Shown here in pieces: positions 36,310 through 45,758 of a stretch of DNA of 64,000 bases (position 1 is the first letter of the stretch; every line of letters starts with the position of its first letter). Below the pieces are notes generated by a model. That model saw only the letters and a program-made list of their open reading frames with translations, was not told where the DNA came from and did no database searches. The translations under genes were made by a program, and so were the position numbers. This stretch comes from Neisseria sp. (GTDB lineage Bacteria; Pseudomonadota; Gammaproteobacteria; Burkholderiales; Neisseriaceae). The stretch is from positions 25,524 to 89,523 of the forward strand of contig JAUNUS010000004.1 of the NCBI GenBank assembly GCA_030538055.1, in the 5' to 3' direction.

Positions 36310-37668
36310 TTATTGCAAAGTCACTTCCACACGGCGAGCTTCGGCGTTCGAACCGTCACCGGTAGTGGATTCGGGTTTTTTCAGATCGATTTTGTCAGCC
36401 GGCACGCCCAAGGCTTCCAATGCCGCCTGTACCGCTTGCGCACGCTGTTTGGCCAACTCTGCGTTTTGTGCAGCGTCACCGGTGGCATCATGAAATCCCG
36501 AGATGACAACGGTTTTACCTTCTTGCACACCTTGCACAACCGCAGCCAAAGCGTCGTTTGCACCGGCGGCAAGATTGTTGCTGCCAACGGCGAAGTAGAA
36601 TTTCACCACGCCGTCGTCACCGACAACCACTTGATCACCTTCGTCAGCTGCGGCTGCCGATGCAGCGGCATCAGATGCCGGAGCAGCCTCAACCGGAGCA
36701 GGTGCTGCAGCAGCATTGGCACCGGTATTGGACAGACCCCAAACATAAGCGGTCAAGATTTTCAGCTTGCTGTCGTCTTCCTTACCGTTCTCGGTGGTCA
36801 CCAAGAAGTTGCTCCATGCCGGCATTTCGTTGGTGTGACCGTTGATGATCGTATTTTCGATATCTTTGTCACGACCGCCCCACAACCAGATGTTATCGGT
36901 CATGTTCGGAGCCAGACCGATCATGCCTTTACCGTCCGCTTGGTGACAGGTGAAGCAGATTTGATCATAAATGGCTTTACCTTTAGCCGCACGCGCCGGA
37001 TTCGAACGATCTTTGTATTCGGGGTGTTCATTCAAAGACAGCAAGTAATGGGTCACGTCTTTCACCGACTCTTCGGGGAAAGGCGGCAAACCACCGTACG
37101 GCAACATCACACCGATACGACCGTCTTTAATCGTCGATTGGATCGACTCGGGATCACCACCCCACAACCAATCGTGGTCGGTCAGGTTCGGGAAGCCTTT
37201 TGCACCTTTTGCGTCAGCACCGTGGCACTGAATACAGTAAGTGTTGAACAGATTTTGTCCGATGACTTTGGCTTCGGGGTCTTGCGCGATTTGTTCAACC
37301 GGCATCGCCGCGAATTTGTCGTAAATCGGCTGATATTTGGCTTTTGCCGTTTGCATTTCGCCTTCATACTGGTTTTGGCTCGTCCAACCCAAAATACCTT
37401 TGAACGTACCGAAACCCGGGTACAGTATCAGGTAGCCGATACTGAACACCACCGTGATGACAAAGAGGTAAAACCACCAGCGGGGCAGCGGATTGTTGTA
37501 TTCCTCAATCCCGTCCCACTCGTGCCCCATGGTTTCTGCCTGACCGTCTTTGGTTTTTTTGGTTTTGTTTTGCGAAACCAATAACCAAATCATGCCGATG
37601 AAGCTGATGATCAGGATAACCGCAATGTAGATATTCCAGAAATTACTGGTGAAATCTGATGTATTCAT
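36310..37668 (-). CDS. ccoP: cbb3-type cytochrome c oxidase subunit III (dihaem CcoP) fused to a C-terminal OmpA-C-like domain
   Basis: N-terminal TM helix, two CxxCH motifs (CIQCH, CFTCH), an Ala/Pro-rich linker, then KFYFAVGSNNL...VVISGFHDATGDAAQNAELAKQRAQAVQAALEALGVPADKI...EARRVEVTL. The ORF is continuous. Confidence 0.9.
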   Translation of the reverse strand: MNTSDFTSNFWNIYIAVILIISFIGMIWLLVSQNKTKKTKDGQAETMGHEWDGIEEYNNPLPRWWFYLFVITVVFSIGYLILYPGFGTFKGILGWTSQNQYEGEMQTAKAKYQPIYDKFAAMPVEQIAQDPEAKVIGQNLFNTYCIQCHGADAKGAKGFPNLTDHDWLWGGDPESIQSTIKDGRIGVMLPYGGLPPFPEESVKDVTHYLLSLNEHPEYKDRSNPARAAKGKAIYDQICFTCHQADGKGMIGLAPNMTDNIWLWGGRDKDIENTIINGHTNEMPAWSNFLVTTENGKEDDSKLKILTAYVWGLSNTGANAAAAPAPVEAAPASDAAASAAAADEGDQVVVGDDGVVKFYFAVGSNNLAAGANDALAAVVQGVQEGKTVVISGFHDATGDAAQNAELAKQRAQAVQAALEALGVPADKIDLKKPESTTGDGSNAEARRVEVTLQ

Positions 37669-37871
37669 TTATTCGCTCCGTTTCCATGAGTCGCATCTGG
37701 GCTCGAATGCTCGGCAGTTGTGCTTTCCCAAGGGGTATCGTTATCATCGATAATCTCTTGTGCCACATCTTTATAGCCTTTTCTTGCGCCTTTGCGGTAG
37801 GTAATCAGCACAAAAATGATGAAAGCACTAAAGCACAATACCGTGAATAAAATTCGAGCCAGATCAATCAT
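37665..37871 (-). CDS. ccoQ: cbb3-type cytochrome oxidase subunit CcoQ
   Basis: 68 aa, single TM (ILFTVLCFSAFIIFVLITY). It lies between ccoO and ccoP, and its stop overlaps the ccoP start. Confidence 0.75.
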   Translation of the reverse strand: MIDLARILFTVLCFSAFIIFVLITYRKGARKGYKDVAQEIIDDNDTPWESTTAEHSSPDATHGNGANK

Positions 37872-37874
37872 GAT

Positions 37875-38507
37875 TTACCTTTGAGTAGTGTTAGCCAACG
37901 CATGACCCAAGCTCTGCAAATAGGCAATCATCGCGTCCTGTTCGGTTTTCGGCGAGCCGTCGTCATTGGTCATCTCTGCTTGGGCAGCATCGAAGTCTTC
38001 CTGAGTATAAGGAACACCGACCATTTTCAGAACTTTCATGCGTTTCACGGTGGTGGCAACATCCACTTTATTGGTGGACAACCACGGGAAAGCAGGCATG
38101 ACCGACTCGGGAACGACCGCACGCGGATCTTCTAAGTGCAGCTGATGCCAAGTGTCGGAATAACGACCACCGACACGAGCCAGATCAGGACCGGCACGTT
38201 TGGAACCAAACTGGAACGGGTGGTCGTAAACCGACTCTCCGCCCACGGAGTAATGACCATAACGCTCGGTTTCCGCACGGAACGGACGAATCATTTGCGA
38301 GTGGCAGGTATAGCAGCCTTCGCGTACGTAAATATCACGTCCGGCTTGCTGTAACGCAGTATACGGTTTTTGTCCCGGCGCAGGTTCGGTTGCCGATTTG
38401 GAACCGAACAACGGGATAACTTCAATAAGCAGACCGAAGCTGATCACCACAAGAATAAAGATGATCAAAAACGCCACTTTCTCTTCAGCGAGTTTTTGGA
38501 AATTCAT
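37875..38507 (-). CDS. ccoO: cbb3-type cytochrome c oxidase subunit II (monohaem CcoO)
   Basis: N-terminal TM helix and [11 protein letters not shown]. Confidence 0.95.
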   Translation of the reverse strand: MNFQKLAEEKVAFLIIFILVVISFGLLIEVIPLFGSKSATEPAPGQKPYTALQQAGRDIYVREGCYTCHSQMIRPFRAETERYGHYSVGGESVYDHPFQFGSKRAGPDLARVGGRYSDTWHQLHLEDPRAVVPESVMPAFPWLSTNKVDVATTVKRMKVLKMVGVPYTQEDFDAAQAEMTNDDGSPKTEQDAMIAYLQSLGHALANTTQR

Positions 38508-38527
38508 TTTTCTGTCCTGCCTTTCTT

Positions 38528-39958
38528 TTAGTGTTGAGCCTGAGAGACAGTAGGAATCGGCGCATCAACAGCTTTGCCTACCGCAATGGTGCGGAAAACG
38601 TTATAAGCCATCAAAATCATACCCGCAAGGTACAATACGCCGCCGATAAAGCGAATGACAAAGTACGGGATCGATTGCTTAACCGACTCGATGAAAGAGT
38701 AAGTCAGCGTGCCGTCGATGTTCAAGTCGCGCCACATCAGACCCTGCATCACACCGGCAATCCACATCGAAGCGATGTAAAGCACGATGCCGACCGTACC
38801 GATCCAGAAGTGTACTTCGATGAGTTTCACGCTGTACATTTCTTTACGGCCGAAGAGGCGGGGAATCAGATAATAGAGGGAACCCATGGTCACAAAACCT
38901 ACCCAGCCCAATGCGCCGGAGTGTACGTGACCTACCGTCCAGTCGGTGTAGTGCGACAGTGCATTCACCGATTTAACCGACATCATCGGACCTTCAAAGG
39001 TCGACATGCCGTAGAACGAGAGGGAAACGATCAGGAACTTCAAGATCGGGTCGGTGCGCAGTTTATGCCATGCACCGGACAAGGTCATGATACCGTTGAT
39101 CATACCGCCCCAGCTCGGAGCCAGCAGAATCAGGGAGAAAATCATCCCCAAAGACTGCGTCCAGTCAGGCAATGCGGTGTAATGCAAGTGGTGAGGACCT
39201 GCCCACATATAAGTGAAAATCAATGCCCAGAAGTGAACCACGGACAGGCGATAGGAGTAGATCGGACGGCCTGCTTGCTTCGGTACGAAGTAGTACATCA
39301 TGCCCAAGAAAGCGGCTGTCAGGAAGAAACCTACGGCATTGTGACCGTACCACCACTGCACCATGGCATCAATCACACCGGAGTAAATCGGATAAGACCA
39401 AGTCAAACCGGCAGGAACGGCTGCGTTATTGACGATGTACAACAGGGCGATCGCCAAAATAAAGGCAGCGTAGAACCAGTTGGCCACGTAGATGTGTTTG
39501 ACTTTACGGGTTGCCAATGTGCCGAAGAAGACGATGGCGTAAGACACCCACACCACCACCACCAGCAAGTCGACAATCCACGGCAGTTCGGCATATTCTT
39601 TACCTTGCGTCCAACCCATCGGGTAGCTGATGGCTGCACCCAAAATCACGAGCTGCCAGCCCCAGAAAGTGAAAGCTGCCAGCGGACCGGCGAAAAGGCG
39701 TACGTTACAGGTACGCTGTACGACGTAATACGATGTTGCAAAAAGACCGCAACCGCCGAATGCAAAGATCACGGCGTTGGTGTGCAGGGGGCGCAACCGA
39801 CCGAAGTGAAACCACGGACCGATGTCGCTCAAGTTCAGTGCCGGCATAAAAAGTTGAGCGGCGATCAAGACGCCGACCAACATACCGACAATACCCCACA
39901 CTACAGTCATGACGGCAAATTGCCGCACCACCTTGTAGTTGTAAGTTTGCGTTTCCAT
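38528..39958 (-). CDS. ccoN: cbb3-type cytochrome c oxidase subunit I
   Basis: Polytopic haem-copper oxidase ([29 protein letters not shown]). I placed the start at [11 protein letters not shown] (39958). The 60-codon track extension was discarded. Confidence 0.95.
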   Translation of the reverse strand: METQTYNYKVVRQFAVMTVVWGIVGMLVGVLIAAQLFMPALNLSDIGPWFHFGRLRPLHTNAVIFAFGGCGLFATSYYVVQRTCNVRLFAGPLAAFTFWGWQLVILGAAISYPMGWTQGKEYAELPWIVDLLVVVVWVSYAIVFFGTLATRKVKHIYVANWFYAAFILAIALLYIVNNAAVPAGLTWSYPIYSGVIDAMVQWWYGHNAVGFFLTAAFLGMMYYFVPKQAGRPIYSYRLSVVHFWALIFTYMWAGPHHLHYTALPDWTQSLGMIFSLILLAPSWGGMINGIMTLSGAWHKLRTDPILKFLIVSLSFYGMSTFEGPMMSVKSVNALSHYTDWTVGHVHSGALGWVGFVTMGSLYYLIPRLFGRKEMYSVKLIEVHFWIGTVGIVLYIASMWIAGVMQGLMWRDLNIDGTLTYSFIESVKQSIPYFVIRFIGGVLYLAGMILMAYNVFRTIAVGKAVDAPIPTVSQAQH

Positions 39959-40188
39959 AAAGGTTCTCCATAAATTATGGGGGGTTAAAACTTGGTATCC
40001 TGCTGCGGCTTGCCCGTGACAAGACACCTGTTCGGTTATTGTTGAATATCGCTGCCGGTCGTTGCCGACCTTGGCGAACCTGCCTATTCTAAAACAATTC
40101 CCTGTGACAAACCAGCGCACACCTCTTGAAAGATGCACGCACGGGCTGCATAGTGTGCTCAGGGTATAGAAAATTTAATGAACTTATC

Positions 40189-40202
40189 TTGATCAATATC
40201 AA
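40189..40202. promoter_or_regulatory. FNR-type box TTGAT-caat-ATCAA
   Basis: Perfect match to the TTGAT-N4-ATCAA consensus, in the divergent region between ccoN (start 39958) and the M61 peptidase gene (start 40253). Confidence 0.6.
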
Positions 40203-40252
40203 GCAATCCCAGAATATATCTACAAAATTCCTCTTTACAGAAAGCTTTTGTT

Positions 40253-41992
40253 ATGATTCGTTATGTTGTTGCGGCGCACAATCCCCATGCTCACTTATTT
40301 CAGATAACACTCTATTTTTCCAATAACAATCAGCGATCCGTACAGGTTTTTCTGCCTAACTGGACCCCCGGCAGTTACATGATTCGCGACTTCTGCAAAA
40401 ACGTGCGTGCAGTACGTGCTTCCTGCGACAATTCGCCGCAAGTGTTGCGCCAAATCAACAAAAACACTTGGGAAACACCTGCGTTGGCGGGCAATTGGGT
40501 GATCGAATATGAAGTGTATGCTTTCGATTTATCCGTGCGCGGTGCATTTTTGGACGGGGAGCGGGCTTTTTTTGACGGGGCATCTTTGTTGATGGCGGTT
40601 GTCGGGCAGGAGCAGGCTGCTTGCGAACTCTTTTTCAGGCTGCCTGAAAGCTGGAACTGCGCCATCGCTTTGCCGCAAGACGAACACGGTACGTATCACG
40701 CGCCTGATTATGCGGCCTTGATTGATGCGCCGCTGGAAGCAGGCTGCCTGAAAAGAATCGCGTTTGAAGCCGAAGGCATTGCCCATGAAATCGTGCTTTC
40801 AGGCAGCCATGAACATTTGGATGCGGAACGTTTACGTGACGATGTGCAACGTATTTGCAGCGAGCATATCCGTTTATTCAGGCAGCCTGCACCGTTTGAA
40901 CGGTACACTTTTTTGCTGCACGTGACCGACAATGCTTATGGCGGTTTGGAACATCGCGCTTCCACCGCGCTTTTGGCGGCGCGCCATTGCCTGCCTTCCA
41001 CCCGCCGCGACGATAACCGTGACGATTACATCACCTTGCTGGGACTGTTCAGCCATGAGTATTTTCATGCGTGGAACGTTAAGGCGATCAAGCCGCAAGT
41101 TTTTCAACCATATGATTTACAACAAGAAACCTACACCGAGCAATTATGGGCGGTTGAGGGCATCACTTCTTATTATGATGATTTGGCCTTGGTGCGCAGC
41201 GGTGTGATTGCGCCTGAAGAATACTTCAAACTGCTGCTCAAAAACATTGACCGCGTGCATCAAGGCAGCGGACGTTTTCACCAATCTCTGGCGCAATCAA
41301 GTTTTAACGCTTGGACCAAATACTACAAACAAGACGAAAACAGCAGCAATGCGATTGTCAGTTATTACCAAAAAGGCGCGCTGGCGGCATTGTGTCTGGA
41401 TTTGCGGATTCGCCGCGCCACCGCACACGCGGCATCGTTGGACGATGTGATGCGTCTGCTGTACGCCGACTATCGTGCCAACGGTCAAGGCTTGGCGGAC
41501 GATGCTTGGCAGGCGGCTGCGGAAAAGATCGCAGGTGAAGATTTGTCCGATTTCTTTCAGGCAGCCATTCATGGCACGGACGATTTGCCTTTGGCGCAAG
41601 AGCTTGCCGCTTACGGACTGGAGCTGCGTTTTGCTGCGGTCGAGCAATCCGGCATCGTCGAGACCTTCCCTGATGCGCCCTGCCCTACACTGGATTTTGG
41701 CGCACAGTTAGAGACTGTTCCCGCCGGCAAAAGCATTGTCCGCATCGCCAACGGTTCGCACGCGGAACAAGCCGGACTGGCGATCAAAGACATTATTCTC
41801 GCCCTGGACCGTTGCGGCGCGTCCGAGTTTGACCACACTTGGCGGCAAGTGCGCACGGGGGATAAGGTAAGCGTGCATTATTTGCGGCACAACCGTTTAT
41901 ACAAAACCTGCTTCACCGCCGCTGCACGGCACCCGCAACACGCTTTGCTTAAAATCCATGCACAGGGGAAATGGGACAATTGGCTGACATAA
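40253..41992 (+). CDS. M61 family glycyl aminopeptidase with C-terminal PDZ domain
   Basis: 579 aa. HEYFHAWN zinc motif, EGITSYYDDL, and a C-terminal PDZ-like segment (AEQAGLAIKDIILALD). Confidence 0.85.
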   Translation: MIRYVVAAHNPHAHLFQITLYFSNNNQRSVQVFLPNWTPGSYMIRDFCKNVRAVRASCDNSPQVLRQINKNTWETPALAGNWVIEYEVYAFDLSVRGAFLDGERAFFDGASLLMAVVGQEQAACELFFRLPESWNCAIALPQDEHGTYHAPDYAALIDAPLEAGCLKRIAFEAEGIAHEIVLSGSHEHLDAERLRDDVQRICSEHIRLFRQPAPFERYTFLLHVTDNAYGGLEHRASTALLAARHCLPSTRRDDNRDDYITLLGLFSHEYFHAWNVKAIKPQVFQPYDLQQETYTEQLWAVEGITSYYDDLALVRSGVIAPEEYFKLLLKNIDRVHQGSGRFHQSLAQSSFNAWTKYYKQDENSSNAIVSYYQKGALAALCLDLRIRRATAHAASLDDVMRLLYADYRANGQGLADDAWQAAAEKIAGEDLSDFFQAAIHGTDDLPLAQELAAYGLELRFAAVEQSGIVETFPDAPCPTLDFGAQLETVPAGKSIVRIANGSHAEQAGLAIKDIILALDRCGASEFDHTWRQVRTGDKVSVHYLRHNRLYKTCFTAAARHPQHALLKIHAQGKWDNWLT

Positions 41993-42047
41993 AACAAAAA
42001 AGCTTTCAGGCAGCCTGAAAACTTTAGTTATGAATAACCACTGTTTT

Positions 42048-42509
42048 TTAGAATATTTTGCGCGAATCCAGCAATATCGTGACCGGCCCGTCGTTGCACA
42101 GACTAATGTGCATATGGGTTTGAAATTGTCCGGTGGCGACATTCAGTCCACGCTCACGCAGGTAAAGCGCGGTTTGCTCGTATAAGGCGTTGGCGGTTTC
42201 GGCTCGGGCGGCGCGGCTGTAGGACGGACGGCGGCCGTTGCGCGCATCGCCGAGTAAGGTGAATTGCGAAATCAGCAAGATTTCGCCCTTGATGTCTTGG
42301 AGCGACCGATTCAATTTGCCGTTTTCGTCATCAAAAATCCGCAATCCTGCGATTTTGTCGGCGATGTAGCGCGCATCTGCTGCCGTGTCGCCCTCTTCCA
42401 CACCCAGTAACACGGTCAGCCCGTGACCAATCGCAGCAACGGTTTCGTTGTGTGACGGGCCGATCACGGTGACGGCAGAGGAAACGGTGCGTTGAATCAC
42501 GGCGCGCAT
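42048..42509 (-). CDS. dtd: D-aminoacyl-tRNA deacylase
   Basis: [15 protein letters not shown]...[17 protein letters not shown]...[10 protein letters not shown]. The start is the internal ATG at 42509 of track ORF 42048..42665. Confidence 0.9.
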   Translation of the reverse strand: MRAVIQRTVSSAVTVIGPSHNETVAAIGHGLTVLLGVEEGDTAADARYIADKIAGLRIFDDENGKLNRSLQDIKGEILLISQFTLLGDARNGRRPSYSRAARAETANALYEQTALYLRERGLNVATGQFQTHMHISLCNDGPVTILLDSRKIF

Positions 42510-42513
42510 AGGT

Positions 42514-43359
42514 TTAATGCTCCTGATGTTCGAATAATTGCCACACGGGGCGGCAAGTGAGCGGCAACTCGGGCGGACGGCCGATGATGCAGCCGTATTC
42601 GCCTTGCCCGTGAAAATCGCTGCCGCGCGAAGCGTATAAACCGTAACGGTTCGCCAGCAAGGCAAAATTCAAACGTTCGTTCAAAGAGTGCACCGAACAC
42701 GCAACTTCGATCGCCTGTCCGCCCAGCGCAATGAATTCTTCCAATAAAGCACGCATCGCGGTCGCACTCAAACGATACCGCGCCGGGTGCGCGATCACCG
42801 CCACACCGCCTGCGGTATGAATCATGGCAACGGCTTCGGCTAAAGTCGCCCATTCGTGTTTGACGCAGGCAGGTTTGCCGTCGCCCAACCATTTTTTGAA
42901 AGCTTCGTCTTTATCCGCAACATGACCGTTTTGGCATAAAAACTGGGCAATATGGGTGCGGCTGACTGTGTCGGGATTTTCCGCCAAAGCCAATGCGCCT
43001 TCGTACACGCCGTCGATTTTGGCTTTTTTCGCCAACCGTTCGGCGATTTTTTGCAAACGCGTTAAGCGGCCACTGCGAATCTGCGCCAGTTTTTCAGGCA
43101 GCCCTGCATGATGACGGTCAAAATTCAAGCCGACGATGTGCACCGTGCGCGCACGCCATGTCACCGAAATTTCCACGCCGTTGATGAGGTTTACGCCATG
43201 ATCTTGTGCGGCAAGATGCGCCTCCGCCAAACCGCCGATATGGTCGTGATCGGTCAGTGACAGCATGGTCGCGCCGTTGGCGTGCGCCAGCCGCACCACT
43301 TCGGACGGCGGAAATTTCCCGTCCGAAACATGGGAATGGCAATGCAGGTCGATGCTCAT
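42514..43359 (-). CDS. PHP-domain phosphoesterase (TrpH/YciV, RNase AM-like)
   Basis: [14 protein letters not shown]..., and HPARY later. 281 aa. Confidence 0.85.
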   Translation of the reverse strand: MSIDLHCHSHVSDGKFPPSEVVRLAHANGATMLSLTDHDHIGGLAEAHLAAQDHGVNLINGVEISVTWRARTVHIVGLNFDRHHAGLPEKLAQIRSGRLTRLQKIAERLAKKAKIDGVYEGALALAENPDTVSRTHIAQFLCQNGHVADKDEAFKKWLGDGKPACVKHEWATLAEAVAMIHTAGGVAVIAHPARYRLSATAMRALLEEFIALGGQAIEVACSVHSLNERLNFALLANRYGLYASRGSDFHGQGEYGCIIGRPPELPLTCRPVWQLFEHQEH

Positions 43360-43526
43360 GCCGATTGCGCCGCGACGGCGGCATCGTAGCGCGCTTTGTC
43401 ACGCGCATAAATCGACCACAAACACGCCTCGCCGCAATCGCTGTTGCAGCACTCCCATTCGGCCGGTGGTTCGGGGGCTTGTAAAGATGCAGCATCGAGG
43501 CTGCCTGAAGATGTGGTGTGTGTCAT
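43356..43526 (-). CDS. 56-aa Cys-rich protein, oxidoreductase-like N-terminal domain family (below the ORF-track size cut-off)
   Basis: My translation: [56 protein letters not shown]. The stop overlaps the PHP gene start (ATGA). The motif P-x-x-ECC-x-S-x-C-x-x-C-x-W matches PF09791 as I remember it. Confidence 0.5.
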   Translation of the reverse strand: MTHTTSSGSLDAASLQAPEPPAEWECCNSDCGEACLWSIYARDKARYDAAVAAQSA

Positions 43527-43553
43527 ATAAAATTTTATTGAATCATGAATACT

Positions 43554-43772
43554 TTACGGCAAAACCTGAATCGTCGCCTCACCCAGCGTGATGATTTCGC
43601 CGCTGCGGATTTTGGCGGTTTTGCGGGTTTCGACTTCACCGTTACGCCGCACTTCGCCGGCGGCAATCAGCATTTTGGCTTGACCGCCGCTGTCGGTGAC
43701 GCCGACGGTTTTCAAAAGATCGCACAAGGGAATGTACGGTGCATCGCATAAGTTAAAAGAAATCGGTTTCAT
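43554..43772 (-). CDS. ybcJ: S4-like RNA-binding protein YbcJ
   Basis: 72 aa. LCDLLKTVGVTDSGGQAKMLIAAGEVRRNGEVETRK parallels E. coli YbcJ. Confidence 0.8.
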   Translation of the reverse strand: MKPISFNLCDAPYIPLCDLLKTVGVTDSGGQAKMLIAAGEVRRNGEVETRKTAKIRSGEIITLGEATIQVLP

Positions 43773-43848
43773 AAAATTTTCAGGCTGCCTGAAAGATGAA
43801 AAAAGACATTTAATTTAACAAAAATGCTTTATCCAAGCAAAAGCTATT

Positions 43849-44547
43849 TTATGGCAAAGCGATAGCATAATCTCTATGCCCGAACAATGCCGAGCCGATG
43901 CGCAGATGAGTAGTGCCGTATTCCAGCGCCAGCCGCCAATCGCCCGACATGCCCATGGATAACGCATCCAAAGCGAAACCTTGAGCTTGTAAATCGCGGT
44001 ATAAGGCTTGCGCCGCCTGCATTTGCGCGCGGACAATGCTTTCCTCCGCCGCGCTGGGCACGCACATGATGCCGCGCAATCTCAACGGCGGCAGATCGGT
44101 GATGCGCTGCGCCAGTTCGGCAGCGTCAGACGGTGCAATGCCGTGCTTTTGCGCCTCGCCCGAAATATTGATTTCAATGCACACGTTTAAGGGCGGCAAG
44201 TCGGCAGGGCGTTGTGCGGCAAGCCGTTCGGCGATTTTGGCGCGGCTGACGGTGTGCACCCATGCGGCGTGCTCCGCCACTTGGCGGGTTTTATTGCTTT
44301 GCACGTCACCAATCATGTGCCACACAATGTCTTCAGGCAGCCTTTGCTGTTTTTCCGCCCATTCCTGAACATAGTTTTCGCCGAAATCGCGCACACCGGC
44401 ATCGTAAAAACCTTGAATCGCTTCAGGCGGAAAGGTTTTGCTCACCGCAATCAAGGTGATTTCTTCAGGCAGCCTATGGACGGCACGCGCAGCGGCGTCA
44501 ATATCGCGGCGTAAAGCGCGGTAACGCTCGGCAGGACTTAAACTCAT
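43849..44547 (-). CDS. yggS: YggS-family pyridoxal phosphate homeostasis protein
   Basis: LIAVSKTF (PLP Lys), FGENYVQE, HMIGDVQSNK. I placed the start at MSLSPAERY (44547). It is divergent from pilT, as in other proteobacteria. Confidence 0.9.
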   Translation of the reverse strand: MSLSPAERYRALRRDIDAAARAVHRLPEEITLIAVSKTFPPEAIQGFYDAGVRDFGENYVQEWAEKQQRLPEDIVWHMIGDVQSNKTRQVAEHAAWVHTVSRAKIAERLAAQRPADLPPLNVCIEINISGEAQKHGIAPSDAAELAQRITDLPPLRLRGIMCVPSAAEESIVRAQMQAAQALYRDLQAQGFALDALSMGMSGDWRLALEYGTTHLRIGSALFGHRDYAIALP

Positions 44548-44646
44548 AACGGTTCTCGCATAAAAAGATACAATCGTCACTGATTCGGTTTGAGATCAAA
44601 CCGTTCTTTACCCTTGCGATTCATGCTTGTGGTAATATTTGCCAAT

Positions 44647-44688
44647 ATTTTAAGTTCTTCATTCCCCATTTTAAGTTCTTCATTCCCA
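44647..44688. repeat. 21-bp tandem duplication (2 units, 20/21 identical) upstream of pilT
   Basis: ATTTTAAGTTCTTCATTCCCC / ATTTTAAGTTCTTCATTCCCA, ending 18 nt before the pilT ATG. Confidence 0.9.
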
Positions 44689-44705
44689 AAAATCGAGGCT
44701 GAACC

Positions 44706-45743
44706 ATGCAAATTACCGACTTACTGGCTTTTTCCGTACAGAATAAAGCCTCCGACTTGCACATCAGTACCGGCTTGCCGCCGATGATCCGCGTTCACGG
44801 CGACATTCGCCGCATCAATTTACCCGACACCACCACGGAAGACGTGTTCAACATGATTTCCGACATCATGAACGACAACCAGCGCAAAATCTACCAGCAA
44901 AATCTGGAAACCGACTTTTCGTTTGAGTTGCCGAACGTGGCGCGTTTTCGTGTCAATGCCTTCAATACCAATCGCGGCCCGGCAGCGGTGTTCCGGACGA
45001 TTCCGAGCGAAGTTTTGACCTTGGAGCAGCTGGATTCGCCCAAAGTGTTCAAAGATATTTGCGACACCCCGCGCGGTTTGGTGCTGGTGACGGGCCCCAC
45101 CGGTTCGGGTAAATCCACCACGCTGGCGGCGATGATCGACTACATCAACGAAAACCAGCCGATGCACATTCTGACGGTGGAAGACCCGATCGAGTTTGTG
45201 CACAAAAGCAAAAAAGCCTTGATCAACCAGCGCGAACTGCACGAACACACCCATAGCTTTGAAAATGCTTTGCGTTCGGCCTTGCGTGAAGACCCGGACG
45301 TGATTCTGGTCGGCGAGATGCGTGACGTCGAAACCATTCGCTTGGCTTTGACCGCAGCCGAAACCGGTCACTTGGTGTTCGGCACCTTGCACACCACGGG
45401 CGCGGCCAAAACCATTGACCGGATCGTGGACGTGTTCCCCGGCGGCGAAAAAGACATGATCCGCACCATGCTTTCCGAAAGTTTGCGCTCGGTGATTTCG
45501 CAAACCCTGCTGAAGAAAAAAGACGGCAAAGGTCGTTGCGCCGCTTATGAAATCCTGATCAGTACACCGGCGATTCGTAACCTGATTCGTGAAAACAAAG
45601 TCGCCCAAATGGGTTCGATGATCCAGACCGGTCAGCAGTACGGTATGCAGACTTTGGATCAGGCCTTAAGCGCACTGGTTAAACGCGGTTTAATCAGCCT
45701 CGAAGCGGCACGCGCCAAAGCGCAAAGCCCGCAAAACATATAA
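44706..45743 (+). CDS. pilT: type IV pilus retraction ATPase PilT
   Basis: Walker A GPTGSGKST, GHLVFGTLHT His box, and the PilT signature AIRNLIRENKVAQM. Confidence 0.95.
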   Translation: MQITDLLAFSVQNKASDLHISTGLPPMIRVHGDIRRINLPDTTTEDVFNMISDIMNDNQRKIYQQNLETDFSFELPNVARFRVNAFNTNRGPAAVFRTIPSEVLTLEQLDSPKVFKDICDTPRGLVLVTGPTGSGKSTTLAAMIDYINENQPMHILTVEDPIEFVHKSKKALINQRELHEHTHSFENALRSALREDPDVILVGEMRDVETIRLALTAAETGHLVFGTLHTTGAAKTIDRIVDVFPGGEKDMIRTMLSESLRSVISQTLLKKKDGKGRCAAYEILISTPAIRNLIRENKVAQMGSMIQTGQQYGMQTLDQALSALVKRGLISLEAARAKAQSPQNI

Positions 45744-45758
45744 TTCGGAGACTTGCTC

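Noticed and set aside
39959-40138. N-terminal extensions of several track ORFs. These include ccoN to 40138, aspS to 8604, dtd to 42665, amiC to 48588, ALDH to 51012, scpA to 54580, leuS from 59126, pnp from 30833, dapC from 18619 and yggS to 44580.
   Set aside because: Homology to the respective families begins at internal Met codons that have plausible RBSs. The extensions are basic or low-complexity, often start at non-ATG codons, and frequently contain DUS or repeat sequence.
44587-44602. Palindrome GGTTTGAgaTCAAACC in the yggS-pilT divergent region as a candidate operator.
   Set aside because: It is a single occurrence with no known matching consensus, and it lies immediately beside the yggS start where it may simply be part of the 5' UTR. 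There is not enough evidence to call it a site.
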